A stretch of DNA of 60,493 nt, filler included, from Stramenopiles sp. TOSAG23-3 (Eukaryota), in the NCBI GenBank assembly GCA_900128585.1. It is 13 parts of 13 records of this genome, joined end to end, with 100 filler letters (N's around TTAATTAATTAA, not from the genome) between each part and the next. Parts side by side here need not be neighbours in the genome. Positions count along the whole stretch, not along the records: positions 32,691 to 37,252 come from LT643781.1; positions 37,353 to 41,906 come from LT643782.1; positions 42,007 to 46,557 come from LT643783.1; 10 more parts are not named here. One strand, given 5' to 3'. Made by a program: the position numbers and the translations under genes. The stretch's first letter is position 1, and each line of letters opens with the position of its first letter. The notes under the pieces were generated by a model that searched no databases, was not told where the DNA came from, and saw only the letters and a program-made list of their open reading frames with translations. Below are positions 33,407-43,654 of this stretch, in pieces.

Positions 33407-34234
33407 ATGGCTGGGTTAGTCGACCTTACAGATTTGCCCGGTTTGAATCAATACGTTGACTTGTATGTGACATCGGATGAAGACAGCGATGGCATAGGGG
33501 AGTCGGAAAAGATGGGGGGGGGGGATGAGGATGTGGGGAAGGAGGCAGAGCCTGAGGTAGAGTTTTTGTACGTGCGAGAAACGAAAACGGTTGCGGCAAC
33601 AAAAATTTCAAAGCGTGTCCCTCTGCCCCGTCCCGTGAGGCGCGTCCCCGGCAGTGAAAACAACGCAGACATTCTGAAAAGGTCGATAGAGTCAAGAAAA
33701 CGGCGCCCGCACATGCGTCCTGTGGCATTCACGGAAAGAGCACCGAAGATAAGAGCAAACAGACCGTTCTTTGAAGCAGAGGGGATTCGGTGTGAACACA
33801 AAAAAACAAGTAGAAAATTTCAGGAGCCACATAGTTGGGTTTTCTACGAGCAGCCAAGAACAGCAGAGTTGCTCTCGGAGCAAGAGCGTCTTTTTGGACG
33901 GGCTAAAAAGAATATGGTGAAGGAGATAAATAGTGGGACTCTTCCTACTCAAAATAAATATATGAAAGCTGGGTTTGACGGGAAAAACGGTAATGCTGCT
34001 GTAGACAACGCACGCGGCCTTGCGACGGATAGGATTATGTTGGGCTTGCCAGTAGGCTTCACCCGAAAGGAATTAAAAAATTCATATCGGCGGCTTGCTT
34101 TGAAGTACCACCCAGACAAATTAAATTACAATACTGCAGAAAGTCCCGAGCGAAGACAGACAAGTGAACATTTCGTGAAGATCACCAAGGCCTACAATAG
34201 ACTCATGGAAATCGTCTTGTCAAGGACTTCTTAA
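33407..34234 (+). CDS. C-terminal J-domain (DnaJ type III) protein
   Basis: LGLPVGFTRKELKNSYRRLALKYHPDK...FVKITKAYNRL. Confidence 0.85.
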   Translation: MAGLVDLTDLPGLNQYVDLYVTSDEDSDGIGESEKMGGGDEDVGKEAEPEVEFLYVRETKTVAATKISKRVPLPRPVRRVPGSENNADILKRSIESRKRRPHMRPVAFTERAPKIRANRPFFEAEGIRCEHKKTSRKFQEPHSWVFYEQPRTAELLSEQERLFGRAKKNMVKEINSGTLPTQNKYMKAGFDGKNGNAAVDNARGLATDRIMLGLPVGFTRKELKNSYRRLALKYHPDKLNYNTAESPERRQTSEHFVKITKAYNRLMEIVLSRTS

Positions 34235-34338
34235 ATTAACTGCTACGAAAGATTATAAGAACTGATTGTTTAAATTATCGGACCCTACTTAAATAACCGC
34301 ACTAATACCACACAGGGGTTTAAACTAATATTCTAATT

Positions 34339-34667
34339 TAAAAACAAAAAAATTGGCTGTTATTTAAGTAATTAAAATTAAAATGTACTGCGAACTGATC
34401 TCTATTGGTGTGATTTTAGTAATCAATATACCTTTGTCACTAAAGTCTTGACTATCATTTTCATATGTACTCCATGCATGATCCGAATCAGTGTGTGGAC
34501 TTGCAACGGCGTCAAAAGACCCATAATCAACTTCCTCATCCGATGTAGATGAAACATTCCTTGTGTGGTTTTCCAAGCGTGAATATGTTTTAAAAGTAAA
34601 ATTTATTTTCTTCATCAATATGATACCACGAAAATGAATCTGCTCCTTTTGTCCATTAAAAGGTTTC
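34339..34667. mobile_element. Dispersed 3'-flank repeat, longest copy (opposite orientation to the 27451 copy)
   Basis: End motif at 34339; TGTACTGCGAACT, GTCTTGACTATCATT, CATGCATGATCCGAATC, GAAAATGAATCTGCTCCTT; flanked by ctaatttaaaaacaaa / ctaaattaaaaaacaaa. Confidence 0.8.
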
Positions 34668-34872
34668 CTAAATTAAAAAACAAATTATATATAGAGTATA
34701 CTTTAAGACTCTCCTTTTTACCTAAATTATAAGTAATATGTTTCAATTTGATGTTACTTTTGTAAGAATTAATTAATATTTTAATTTCTAGAATTTAAAG
34801 GATTCTTTTTTAATAATTTTTGATGGTGAGTATCCTACAGAAAAATTTGGTGTAGTAGAGTTTTTCTTCGAG

Positions 34873-37251
34873 CTATTTTTTGTTCTCTTTGTAGTACTGC
34901 TTCCAGTCCACATTTTCGTCCTTTTTGGCGGCGCCCTTGGCCTTTCCTCCTTTTTTCTTGCCTCCTGCTCTCTGCGCACCCTTAAACTTTCTGCGCATAC
35001 GCTTGATGGCATATCGTTCCATCGCCTTCTTCTTTTGGCGGCGACGTATTTCAATTATCGACCCTAAGATGCTAGCAATGCCCAAAATAGCAAGGGAAAC
35101 AATCAAGGCGACTGGTATTGGAGCCAAATAGTCCCATTGAAACGTGTTGCTACCTTCTTTGGTGTACATGTCTACGTTTCCAGCTGGGTCAACCGCGCGA
35201 ACTTCTATCCTACGAATACCATCCTTTGGGCTCCATTCAGGCAGAAAGTCATGCACCCCTAAGCTTTTCAAAGAGAATGTCCAATTCCTTTTCAGTTCCA
35301 GGTTCGTCTCATTGCTTGCATCAAAAACTCGGTATTCATATATGCAATCTGGCTCATCTGCTTGGAATTCAAATTCATCACTCCCAAACCCTTCGGCTAA
35401 ATCCTCTGGTTTCAGAACGATGTTCGTCTGAGGGGATGCGCCATCACGGTACCAAACATCGTTCTCAAACTCAGACTCAGAAATTCGCCCACCAAGTATG
35501 TACATGTTTCCTCCAACAACGACAGAAGCTGCAAAATCCCTGGGGGTCCAAATATGCATACAAGTTAAGTTTACTTTCCCCTGGAAGCAATCCATTTCAC
35601 CGCTTGTTGCGTTTTCTACGCACCCGTACCCCCCAATCTCTAAATTTAATTCTACCTCCTTCTCCTCTTCTGATAAGTCGTCCTCATCGCGCGGCATTTC
35701 TTGCCCGGCATTTGGCCCATCCATGAAATACTCTGTTCGCCACTCTGGGGGCGAGCACCCATCCTCATCCCCAGCCACCTCAGCCGCCGCAGAAGTTCGG
35801 ACAAAATCCCATGTTTTCCCACCATAATGAACAGCTGGATCCAAGTCCACCCCAGTCGAGACATCCCACAGCTCCTCAAAGGCTCCGGCGCAAGTGGGGC
35901 AGGGAGGATCCTGGCCGTCCACACGCGTAGTCGCGACGCTGCACTCTTGGACGACCGCCTCGGCGCGCTTGCGAAGGGGGCACACGAAGCGGAAGGGCCC
36001 TCCTCTGTATTGCTCGGGACCATCCAACGGGTCAGGTTCCTCCGACCCCCCTCTCAGTTTCATTATGGTCCCCTTTTCTGCATTTACAAAATCATCAATA
36101 GTTCCGATCCCTTCATCCTGCAGCATTTGTAACTCCTCAGCAGTCATCATTCCTAGCTTTTCAATGTCTGAACTACCACGAACATACGCCGATTGGGCCG
36201 TGCCATCATGAAACTCGCCATTGTTGTATTGCCCAGGTCCGGTAAAATCCCGAAGCCATTTGGTGCCATTAGTAGACTCGTAGCAATCGTCCAACGTGTT
36301 CTCACCGTCATTTCCCCCAAACACGAATATATACTCGAAGTTAAACGGTTCTTTTTTCCCTGCAAGGGGCCCCTCGCGCACTTTCTTGAGCGAAAGAACC
36401 ACCTGCGCGTTGAAATTTTTTCGCGGGGAAAATTCTGCGTTAAGGGTCATAGCCTCCCATGTCGTCCCATCTGCGCTACGCCAAACATCATTGAGGAGTG
36501 CATTTGCGCCAGTCTCACGTAGGTTTCCAGTTTCACCGGCTATAATGAACACGTACTGTTGATGAAGAACAGACTGGTGGCCACCGCGACCGGGCCACGG
36601 AGCAGCGGCGGTAACCATTTCCCACTCTTCTCCGACGAGCTTGTTTGCACTTCTGCAGCCTGTCGGGTCTAACGCTATTTCACTGGGGACACACTCCTTT
36701 TTTGTTCTCCAGACATCGTTATTGTATTCTGTATATCCTTGGTTACAGGCATTGCTCGCACATCTTTGAACGTAACGATTGGAGAATCCACCAAACACAT
36801 AGATTCGACTTTCCGGACCAGTCGCGGGGCACTCTTCAGTAAACAATGGCTGCCTTGGAAACGCTTGAACTGCAAACTGTTCACGTGGCGACCACATTTG
36901 ACAGACGCAGGCACCACTCTCACATAATTCGTTTCCGTAGCAATCCTCGTCTGACACACACGTAGCGCGCTCGTGCCCATTATCCTGCTGATGCGATTGC
37001 TGCAAGGATTCAGCACGGCAACCTGGAGTCGTGATGAACCATTCCCTCCCATTCGAAGTCTCCCAAATGTCGTTCGTTAGTTCCACCTTTTCCCGATATC
37101 GTTGTCGTAGAGAATAATTGGCTACCTGATTTACGTGATCGTCCACAGGAATTCCACCAACGGCTTCATCGTACGGGATGTCCGTAATCGTGCGCGCCCT
37201 GCCACCCAATACGTAGGCTTTACGCCTGTAGGCTATGGATGCATGGCCGCG
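34873..37251 (-). CDS. Kelch-like repeat single-pass membrane protein, 5'-truncated
   Basis: Repeats RGH....YVLGG, APWPGRGGH, IFVFGG, NDVWRS.DG.TW; VRAVDPAGNVD Ig-like motif; TM IPVALIVSLAILGIASILGSII; basic tail. Confidence 0.8.
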   Translation of the reverse strand, partial: RGHASIAYRRKAYVLGGRARTITDIPYDEAVGGIPVDDHVNQVANYSLRQRYREKVELTNDIWETSNGREWFITTPGCRAESLQQSHQQDNGHERATCVSDEDCYGNELCESGACVCQMWSPREQFAVQAFPRQPLFTEECPATGPESRIYVFGGFSNRYVQRCASNACNQGYTEYNNDVWRTKKECVPSEIALDPTGCRSANKLVGEEWEMVTAAAPWPGRGGHQSVLHQQYVFIIAGETGNLRETGANALLNDVWRSADGTTWEAMTLNAEFSPRKNFNAQVVLSLKKVREGPLAGKKEPFNFEYIFVFGGNDGENTLDDCYESTNGTKWLRDFTGPGQYNNGEFHDGTAQSAYVRGSSDIEKLGMMTAEELQMLQDEGIGTIDDFVNAEKGTIMKLRGGSEEPDPLDGPEQYRGGPFRFVCPLRKRAEAVVQECSVATTRVDGQDPPCPTCAGAFEELWDVSTGVDLDPAVHYGGKTWDFVRTSAAAEVAGDEDGCSPPEWRTEYFMDGPNAGQEMPRDEDDLSEEEKEVELNLEIGGYGCVENATSGEMDCFQGKVNLTCMHIWTPRDFAASVVVGGNMYILGGRISESEFENDVWYRDGASPQTNIVLKPEDLAEGFGSDEFEFQADEPDCIYEYRVFDASNETNLELKRNWTFSLKSLGVHDFLPEWSPKDGIRRIEVRAVDPAGNVDMYTKEGSNTFQWDYLAPIPVALIVSLAILGIASILGSIIEIRRRQKKKAMERYAIKRMRRKFKGAQRAGGKKKGGKAKGAAKKDENVDWKQYYKENKK

Positions 37252-37353
37252 ANNNNNNNNNNNNNNNNNNNNNNNNNNNNNNNNNNNNNNNNNNNNTTAA
37301 TTAATTAANNNNNNNNNNNNNNNNNNNNNNNNNNNNNNNNNNNNNNNNNNNNG

Positions 37354-39042
37354 ACAAGCGATTGTGTTAAGTATATAACGCCATCCGCATTCAAGACAAT
37401 CCCAGAGGAAACGTTTCAAGGCTTGACAGGGCAGCAGGCAGCAAACTTACAGTCCAGCAAACAATGCAACGTTTTATCCACGGGCCAGATGGCACAAATA
37501 CCTGTACCGGTTTTCTCAAGTTTTCGGGCACCCTGCATCCAGCGAACTGGCCAAGGTATTTTTAACGAGACTTCGCTCGATCAAATTAATCATCTCACTC
37601 GCGATGTAGCGGCTACGTTTACCGGAGAACGGTTGCGAAGAATTGTGGAGTACTGTGGAGGAAACGATGGCCCTGACGCAGTGATCAATGGGATGCGCAC
37701 GGACCTGCTGAATGCGATGGGGACTTTGGAAAAAATCAAATTCAAAGGGTTTGCTGCCACCAACGCTCGTGATGAGCCCCCTCCCGTGGATACCCTTTGT
37801 GGAACTATGAAAGAAGCCCCTATTGATGCGAGTAAGGCGACAACGACATCGTGGCTACGGGTTGCCTGTGCCACGGCGGAACATACGAATGCCTTTTTTG
37901 AAGCAAAGATGTCCGATATACCGCCAGCGGCGTTCTCGGGCATCCAGCCTGCTGATGGATGCGGAGGGTTTAACTTTGAAGATGCGTGTGCCAACCAGCT
38001 TCATGGTGTTCTTCCAGACTGCGTGGCTGAGATGACAGGTGCCCAGCTGGTCCAGGTGGGAAATAACGTGTTGGAATTGGGACCTTCGCAAGTGAGATCA
38101 TTCCCTCTTTCTATGCTTCAAGATGACACTGTGCAAACGCTGACAGAGGATCAACTACAAAGGATAGGTTCTAAACAGTGTAAGTATTCAAGCGTGACTG
38201 GTCCCACATCTGGGCCTTGCATCACTGGAAAACCCGACGACGTTATGTCATATTTGGGCAAAAATTCACGGGATGACTGGGGGAGTAGTTGGACCACGAT
38301 CCCATGCAATGCGTTGGGCGCGCTCTCTGACGAACAATACAAGGTACTGAACCCGAACTGGGACGACCAAAGTGATCTACTTTCGCAAAACCTTCAATGT
38401 TGCAGAGGAATTTCATGTGCCGAATCTCCACCGCCTACGACCATCCCTGTAGTGGTCTTACCAGAACTGCCGATCGAACCATCTTGCAGTGGTAGCCCGG
38501 TGCCTGGGCCAATGCCAGGACCAGGCCCAAGCCCTGGGCCAACGCCGGGACCAGGCCCAAGCCCTGGGCCAACGCCGGGACCAGGCCCAAGCCCCGGGCC
38601 AACGCCGGGACCAGGCCCAAGCCCCGGGCCATCGCCACCCCCGAGCCCGCCACGCCCGGACAAGATTGTAGAATCATGCTCCAAGATTGGCGTGTCATCA
38701 ATGGACGGGTGTAGGCCCAAATGTCGGAGCGGAACCGTTAAGTTCGAGACAAAGCCCAATTACATTTTATGTGAATGTGGTGATCACGTGGTGTGCACAG
38801 ACGGAACCACTGGGCCAGTGGAAAAGAATAAGGGAATGGGCGCTGGTGTGTGGGTTGTCATTGTACTTGTTTGCGCATTAGCAAGTGTAGGGGTATTTAA
38901 GGGTTACCAAAAGTACCAAGCATCAGGCTCCGGCAACTTGAATTACTCTGCATTGACCGAAAATCAAAGGCAAGGTCTCGTTGGAGCTTCTTATGCCCCA
39001 CCGATAATCCAAGAAGCAACAGGCCCAGATTCCAAAGTGTAA
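37354..39042 (+). CDS. Single-pass surface protein with Cys-spaced helical repeats and (PGPGPS/T)n stalk, 5'-truncated
   Basis: Frame open from contig start; Pro/Gly stalk; TM VWVVIVLVCALASVGVF; cytosolic YSAL motif. Confidence 0.75.
   Translation, partial: TSDCVKYITPSAFKTIPEETFQGLTGQQAANLQSSKQCNVLSTGQMAQIPVPVFSSFRAPCIQRTGQGIFNETSLDQINHLTRDVAATFTGERLRRIVEYCGGNDGPDAVINGMRTDLLNAMGTLEKIKFKGFAATNARDEPPPVDTLCGTMKEAPIDASKATTTSWLRVACATAEHTNAFFEAKMSDIPPAAFSGIQPADGCGGFNFEDACANQLHGVLPDCVAEMTGAQLVQVGNNVLELGPSQVRSFPLSMLQDDTVQTLTEDQLQRIGSKQCKYSSVTGPTSGPCITGKPDDVMSYLGKNSRDDWGSSWTTIPCNALGALSDEQYKVLNPNWDDQSDLLSQNLQCCRGISCAESPPPTTIPVVVLPELPIEPSCSGSPVPGPMPGPGPSPGPTPGPGPSPGPTPGPGPSPGPTPGPGPSPGPSPPPSPPRPDKIVESCSKIGVSSMDGCRPKCRSGTVKFETKPNYILCECGDHVVCTDGTTGPVEKNKGMGAGVWVVIVLVCALASVGVFKGYQKYQASGSGNLNYSALTENQRQGLVGASYAPPIIQEATGPDSKV
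38503..38636 (+). repeat. Coding 30-bp tandem repeat (about 4 units, PGPSPGPTPG)
   Basis: ccaggcccaagccc(t/c)gggccaacgccggga repeated. Confidence 0.95.
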
Positions 39043-39627
39043 CAACAACTATTTAATACGAATCGGTTTCTATTATGATTTGTATATTAAATCATATACA
39101 AGTATATATATTAAAACCATACTATATTATCAATACATAATGCTTATACTTGTATATATAGATATGCTATAAACATGAAAATAAATGAAAATAATATTAA
39201 ATACCATTTTGGTAGGTAGTATGATGAATAATTATTATTAAAATGAAGAAGAAGGAAGAAGAAGAAGAAAAAAGAAAGAAAGAAAGAAAGAAGAAGAACT
39301 AAAGAAGAAAAAAGAGAAGAAGAAAATGAAGAAGAAAGAAGAAAAGAAGAAGAATATTATTATTATTTTATTATTATTATTAATGGATTGATTATTTATT
39401 ATTATTATTATTATATATTATTGAGAAATTGAGAATTGAGACCCCATCCCCTAGCCCACGCGAATCTATATATAAAGAGTCAATTTTAGATTTTCTCCTC
39501 GTTTGCTTTGAATTGTTTATTGTAGTTGTTGTACCGCGCAATTAAAGTGATCGAAACAGGGTGGTGGTTATATGGATATATATATATTGAAAATTGACGA
39601 TTGAAGTACAGTATACACCAACCAACC

Positions 39628-40092
39628 ATGCCGACCACGGGGAACGGCGGTCGTGAGAAAGAGCGAATGAACCGATTGATAACAGAGACGGATAAGCTCA
39701 CCCAACAGATGAACGACCACATTGGGCGATCGTACCGAACGTTGGAAAATTTAGAGAATGTTGCGGACGCATCGACTCGCTTGGTCGATACCACAAGGCA
39801 GTTCCATAAGAAAACGAAGCAGGCCCGTTGTCGACAGTGCTGCAAGCGGATAAAGGGCAAGTTGACGTGGGTGACGCTGGCCCTGACGGTGTTTTGTATA
39901 GCAATGATGGTGGTGACGAAGTATGCAGGGATTTGCCAAGACGAGTTCGACCCGTGCCCGGTCATGGAAAACCCAGAGTTTTACTTGGTGGCCGTCATGG
40001 GCGTTTGCATAATCACTTTGGGGGTGCTGTTTTTCGTCAACATGAAAATGTGCTGCCTCTGCTTTGAGTACTGCAACACGTGCTGCGATTAG
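39628..40092 (+). CDS. Synaptobrevin/VAMP-like R-SNARE variant with two TM helices
   Basis: Heptad pattern TDKLTQQMNDHIGRSYRTLENLENVADASTRLVDTTRQFHKKTK matches the synaptobrevin pattern M..NI......E.L..L......L......F; two hydrophobic segments; Cys-rich tail. Confidence 0.65.
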   Translation: MPTTGNGGREKERMNRLITETDKLTQQMNDHIGRSYRTLENLENVADASTRLVDTTRQFHKKTKQARCRQCCKRIKGKLTWVTLALTVFCIAMMVVTKYAGICQDEFDPCPVMENPEFYLVAVMGVCIITLGVLFFVNMKMCCLCFEYCNTCCD

Positions 40093-40335
40093 CGAAGAGA
40101 GAGAAAGGCATGGAGGAATGATGAGTGAGGGTGGCTGCACAACAGGTAACTGTGTGCGTGCACATTTGTTTGCAGTGTTGCAATAACTAAAATGAGCGTG
40201 CAGTAAAGAAAACTAATTTCTTAAAAAAATATTATAGAAATCGTACGCGCTTCCGCGAGTTCATGAACACTCCCTAGTTTTTGTTCCTTCCAAAAATATA
40301 GATGTATAAACTCCCTCCACCCACCACATGTTATC

Positions 40336-41529
40336 TTAGCATCGCTCCAAGAGCAAGGCAATGCCTTGGCCACCCCCGATGCAGGCACTCCCGATCGTGT
40401 ACTTCAAGTCTGGGTTGGCGACCATTTCGTGGCACAAGTGCCCTGTGATGCGGGCCCCGGAGGCCCCCGTAGGGTGGCCTATGGCAATGGCCCCGCCATT
40501 GACGTTGCAGATGTCACGGTTCAGGCCCAACTCTTTCTCGCAGGCCAAGAATTGGGCGGCAAAGGCTTCGTTGATTTCGATACGGTCGATGTCCGCGAGG
40601 GTGAGCCCGGCCTTGGACAGGACCCCCCTGATCGCAGGGACGGGGCCGATCCCCATGATTTTCGGGTCTACGCCGCTGGCCTCAAAGGCCACGAGGCGAG
40701 CCATGGGGGTGAGCCCGTGTTTGTTCACGGCGTCCTCGGTGGCAAGGATAAGGGCGCCCGCCCCGTCGCTGATCCCACTGGCGTTCCCAGCGGTCACGGT
40801 CCCGTCCTTCTTGAAGATGGAGGGCAGCTTCGACATGGCCTCGAAGTTGGCATCCGGCCGTGCATGCTCGTCGACTTCGACGCTCTGAACCCCTTTCCTC
40901 GTCTTGATATCAAAGGGGGCGATCTCCGCCGCGAAGCGCCCGGCGTCGAGCGCCTCCTTCCACAGCCTTTGCGACCGTGCGCCGAAATGGTCGCAGTCTT
41001 CCCGGGTGATCCCGTACTGCTCGGCCAGGTTCTCCGCGGTGAGGGCCATGGGAAGCCCGCACCCTTTGTCCGTCAAACCCTCCCAAAGGGAGTCGACGAG
41101 GGGCTCGCTCTGCCCCAGCTTGACCCCCCAACGCATCTGGCGGGCAACGAACGGGGCCTGCGACATGCACTCGGCGCCGGCGGCAATGCCTATCTCTGCG
41201 TCCCCGCACAACATTTCACGGGCAACGCACGAGACCGACTCGAACCCGGACCCACAGAGGCGGTTTATCGTAAGGCACGGGGTTTCGATCGGCACCCCCG
41301 CTTGCAGGCCGACGTGGCGAGACAGGTAGATCGTGTCTTCCCCCGTTTGCTGAACGTTCCCAACAACCACGGTATCTACGGTCGAAGGGTCAACATTCGC
41401 ATGGTTCATGGCCGCTTTCGCCGCATGGACAGCAAGATCCGTCGGACTTTTAGATTTGAACGACCCACCATACGAACCGAACGCCGTACGCTTTGCTCCA
41501 ACAATAAATATATTCTTTGCAAGGGACAT
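40336..41529 (-). CDS. ACAA2: 3-ketoacyl-CoA thiolase, mitochondrial ACAA2-type
   Basis: FIVGAKRTAFG, INRLCGSG (catalytic Cys), TAGNASGISDGA, EINEAFA, GGAIAIGHP, SACIGGGQG; ATG at 41529. Confidence 0.93.
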   Translation of the reverse strand: MSLAKNIFIVGAKRTAFGSYGGSFKSKSPTDLAVHAAKAAMNHANVDPSTVDTVVVGNVQQTGEDTIYLSRHVGLQAGVPIETPCLTINRLCGSGFESVSCVAREMLCGDAEIGIAAGAECMSQAPFVARQMRWGVKLGQSEPLVDSLWEGLTDKGCGLPMALTAENLAEQYGITREDCDHFGARSQRLWKEALDAGRFAAEIAPFDIKTRKGVQSVEVDEHARPDANFEAMSKLPSIFKKDGTVTAGNASGISDGAGALILATEDAVNKHGLTPMARLVAFEASGVDPKIMGIGPVPAIRGVLSKAGLTLADIDRIEINEAFAAQFLACEKELGLNRDICNVNGGAIAIGHPTGASGARITGHLCHEMVANPDLKYTIGSACIGGGQGIALLLERC

Positions 41530-42191
41530 GGTGCGTAGTAGTAGTGCAGTATATTTTGTGCGTGCGTGCGTTTGCAAACAAGAAACGAATTATCCGGTCG
41601 GTTGATGAATGAAAGAAAAGGCGCAGGAAGACAGACGAAATGATATGTTTGCTTTTGTTTTCTTTTGTTTTCTTTTTTTTTCTCTTAATGTTCATTCTTC
41701 TATTTCTAAAAAAATCTCATTATTAGATAGAAATATAATCTATAAAAGGAGAGAGAAGAGGTCAGTCAGTTACATTGTGTTTTTGTTTTTTTGTTGTTGT
41801 TGTTGTTTTTATTATATAGAAGAATAAAAGAAGAAGAAAGAAGAAAACGAAAGAAGAAGAAGAAAGAAGAAGACAAAGAAGAAGAAGAAAGAAGAAGAAA
41901 GAAGAANNNNNNNNNNNNNNNNNNNNNNNNNNNNNNNNNNNNNNNNNNNNTTAATTAATTAANNNNNNNNNNNNNNNNNNNNNNNNNNNNNNNNNNNNNN
42001 NNNNNNAAGAAAGAAAGAAAGAAAGAAAAAAAGAGAGAAGCAAGAATTAACAATAATCAACAATGTACAAAATAGGAAACGATCCCGTAGCTAACAAGAA
42101 AATAAAGATTCACCATTTCTATTCTTTTCGAGTTCATCACATATCGACACGAAACCGTTTGTACATTATAACCCTTTCAGAGAGTTTCGAC

Positions 42192-43238
42192 ATGGGAAAC
42201 GAGCAGTTCGGAACCGTCGACGCGGTGAGCCGACTCGGCGTTGATCAACGCCACGCTATTCTGGGGGGCAAGCCGACACTTCAAAATGTCGTCGCGGGGA
42301 TAAAGGCGGGCAAGTACAAGAACATTCTCATTTTGTGCGGGGCGGGTATATCGGTATCTGCCGGGATACCTGACTTTCGATCTCCAAAAAGTGGACTCTA
42401 CCACAATTTACAGAAGTACAACCTCCCGACCCCAGAATCGATCTTTGAATTGAAATTTTTCAAAAGCAATCCTGTACCATTTTTTCAGCTGAGCCGGGAA
42501 ATTTACCCTAGCCTGTTCTCACCAACGCCCACTCACAGATTTTTTGAACTGTTGGAAAAAAAGGACATGCTCCTGCGCGTGTATACGCAAAACATCGACA
42601 CTTTGGAAAGGCTTACCGGTCTCTCTGGCAGCAAAATTGTAGAGTGCCACGGATCGTACGCGTCCAACACTTGCGTGGAGTGCAAGGAGACGTACAGCCA
42701 GGAATGGATGAAGGGGAAGCTTTTTGGGCCCGAAGGTGTGAGGGAGGAAGTCCCGCACTGTCAAATGTGCGGTAGTGGGGTAGTGAAACCTGACATCACG
42801 TTTTTTGGGGAAGATTTGCCCCAGCGCTTTGGTAAATTGATAAAACCTGATCTGGAAAAGTGCGACCTCTTGTTTGTTATTGGAACGTCGCTGCAAGTTT
42901 TCCCTGTCGCTGGAATAGTCGATAAAGTGAGCACGGGGACTCCCCGTGTCCTGATAAATCGCGACATGGTCCACACTGCCAACTGCACCGGCCAAAAGGA
43001 CGACTATGGTGTGGAGGTGGAAACTGGGGACGACGGGCAGTTCCTTGTCTCTACCGATGGTTTTTGGTTGGGGGACGAAAAGCTGGAGAAGCACAATTAC
43101 CGTGACGTGTTTTTGAGCGGAAACTGCGATGATAGCATTTACAAAATATGTGACATGTTAGGCTGGCGCGACGACTTGGACGTGTTGGTGGAAGCCCCCG
43201 AAGCTGGGGAGGGGGGGGGAGGAGTCTGGAGAAGTTGA
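42192..43238 (+). CDS. Class I sirtuin NAD-dependent deacylase (SIRT2/Hst2-like)
   Basis: GAGISVSAGIPDFRS, YTQNIDTLE, ECHGS, CVEC/CQMC zinc ribbon, KPDITFFGE, GTSLQV, LINR; likely ATG at 42192. Confidence 0.93.
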   Translation: MGNEQFGTVDAVSRLGVDQRHAILGGKPTLQNVVAGIKAGKYKNILILCGAGISVSAGIPDFRSPKSGLYHNLQKYNLPTPESIFELKFFKSNPVPFFQLSREIYPSLFSPTPTHRFFELLEKKDMLLRVYTQNIDTLERLTGLSGSKIVECHGSYASNTCVECKETYSQEWMKGKLFGPEGVREEVPHCQMCGSGVVKPDITFFGEDLPQRFGKLIKPDLEKCDLLFVIGTSLQVFPVAGIVDKVSTGTPRVLINRDMVHTANCTGQKDDYGVEVETGDDGQFLVSTDGFWLGDEKLEKHNYRDVFLSGNCDDSIYKICDMLGWRDDLDVLVEAPEAGEGGGGVWRS

Positions 43239-43385
43239 TGGCTGATCTAAACGTCGCTAAAGATTCGAAAGATAACAGTACGAAGTTGTGAGAGATTGAA
43301 ATACTATGATACGAATTCTACACACTGTATTGTGCTTCGTTAGACTTACTTACGGTATCTAAAAGATAAACTGAATTTAGGTTTT

Positions 43386-43564
43386 TAAAAACAAAAAAAA
43401 GTTGTTATTTTTAAGCTCTTTTTGTGTTCCTTCATTGTACTGCGAACTTTTCTCTGCTCCTGTGATTTTACTAAACAATATACCCCTTGTCACTTAGTCT
43501 TGACTATCATTCCCTGATGTACTCCATTCATGATCCGAATCGGTGAATCGGCATTTTAAAAAGC
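43386..43564. mobile_element. Dispersed 3'-flank repeat copy with 13-bp flanking direct repeat
   Basis: Degenerate end motif, TGTACTGCGAACT, GTCACTTAGTCTTGACTATCATT, CATGATCCGAATC; aatttaggttttt at 43374-43386 and 43565-43577. Confidence 0.8.
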
Positions 43565-43654
43565 AATTTAGGTTTTTTATTTAGTACCTCTTATTCTTAC
43601 TTCGTACTTATTTTTTAAGAAAAAACAATTTTATTTACTACCACCACACGTACT

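Noticed and set aside
34530-34560. Hammerhead-like CCGATGT..GAAAC within the repeat
   Set aside because: Core deviates from CUGANGA at two positions, no convincing stems, and seen in one copy only
34364-34618. 84-aa ORF inside the repeat
   Set aside because: Frame is broken by stops and indels in other copies; no transposase or RT motif
40366-41538. Long antisense ORF over the thiolase (similarly over RPS6, AMT1, CASP)
   Set aside because: Expected shadow ORFs of GC-rich biased coding sequence; no protein features
6216-43238. Apparent NAD/epigenetic 'cluster' (Nudix, sirtuin, AMT1) and surface-protease cluster
   Set aside because: Genes are on different contigs ordered only by length; no linkage
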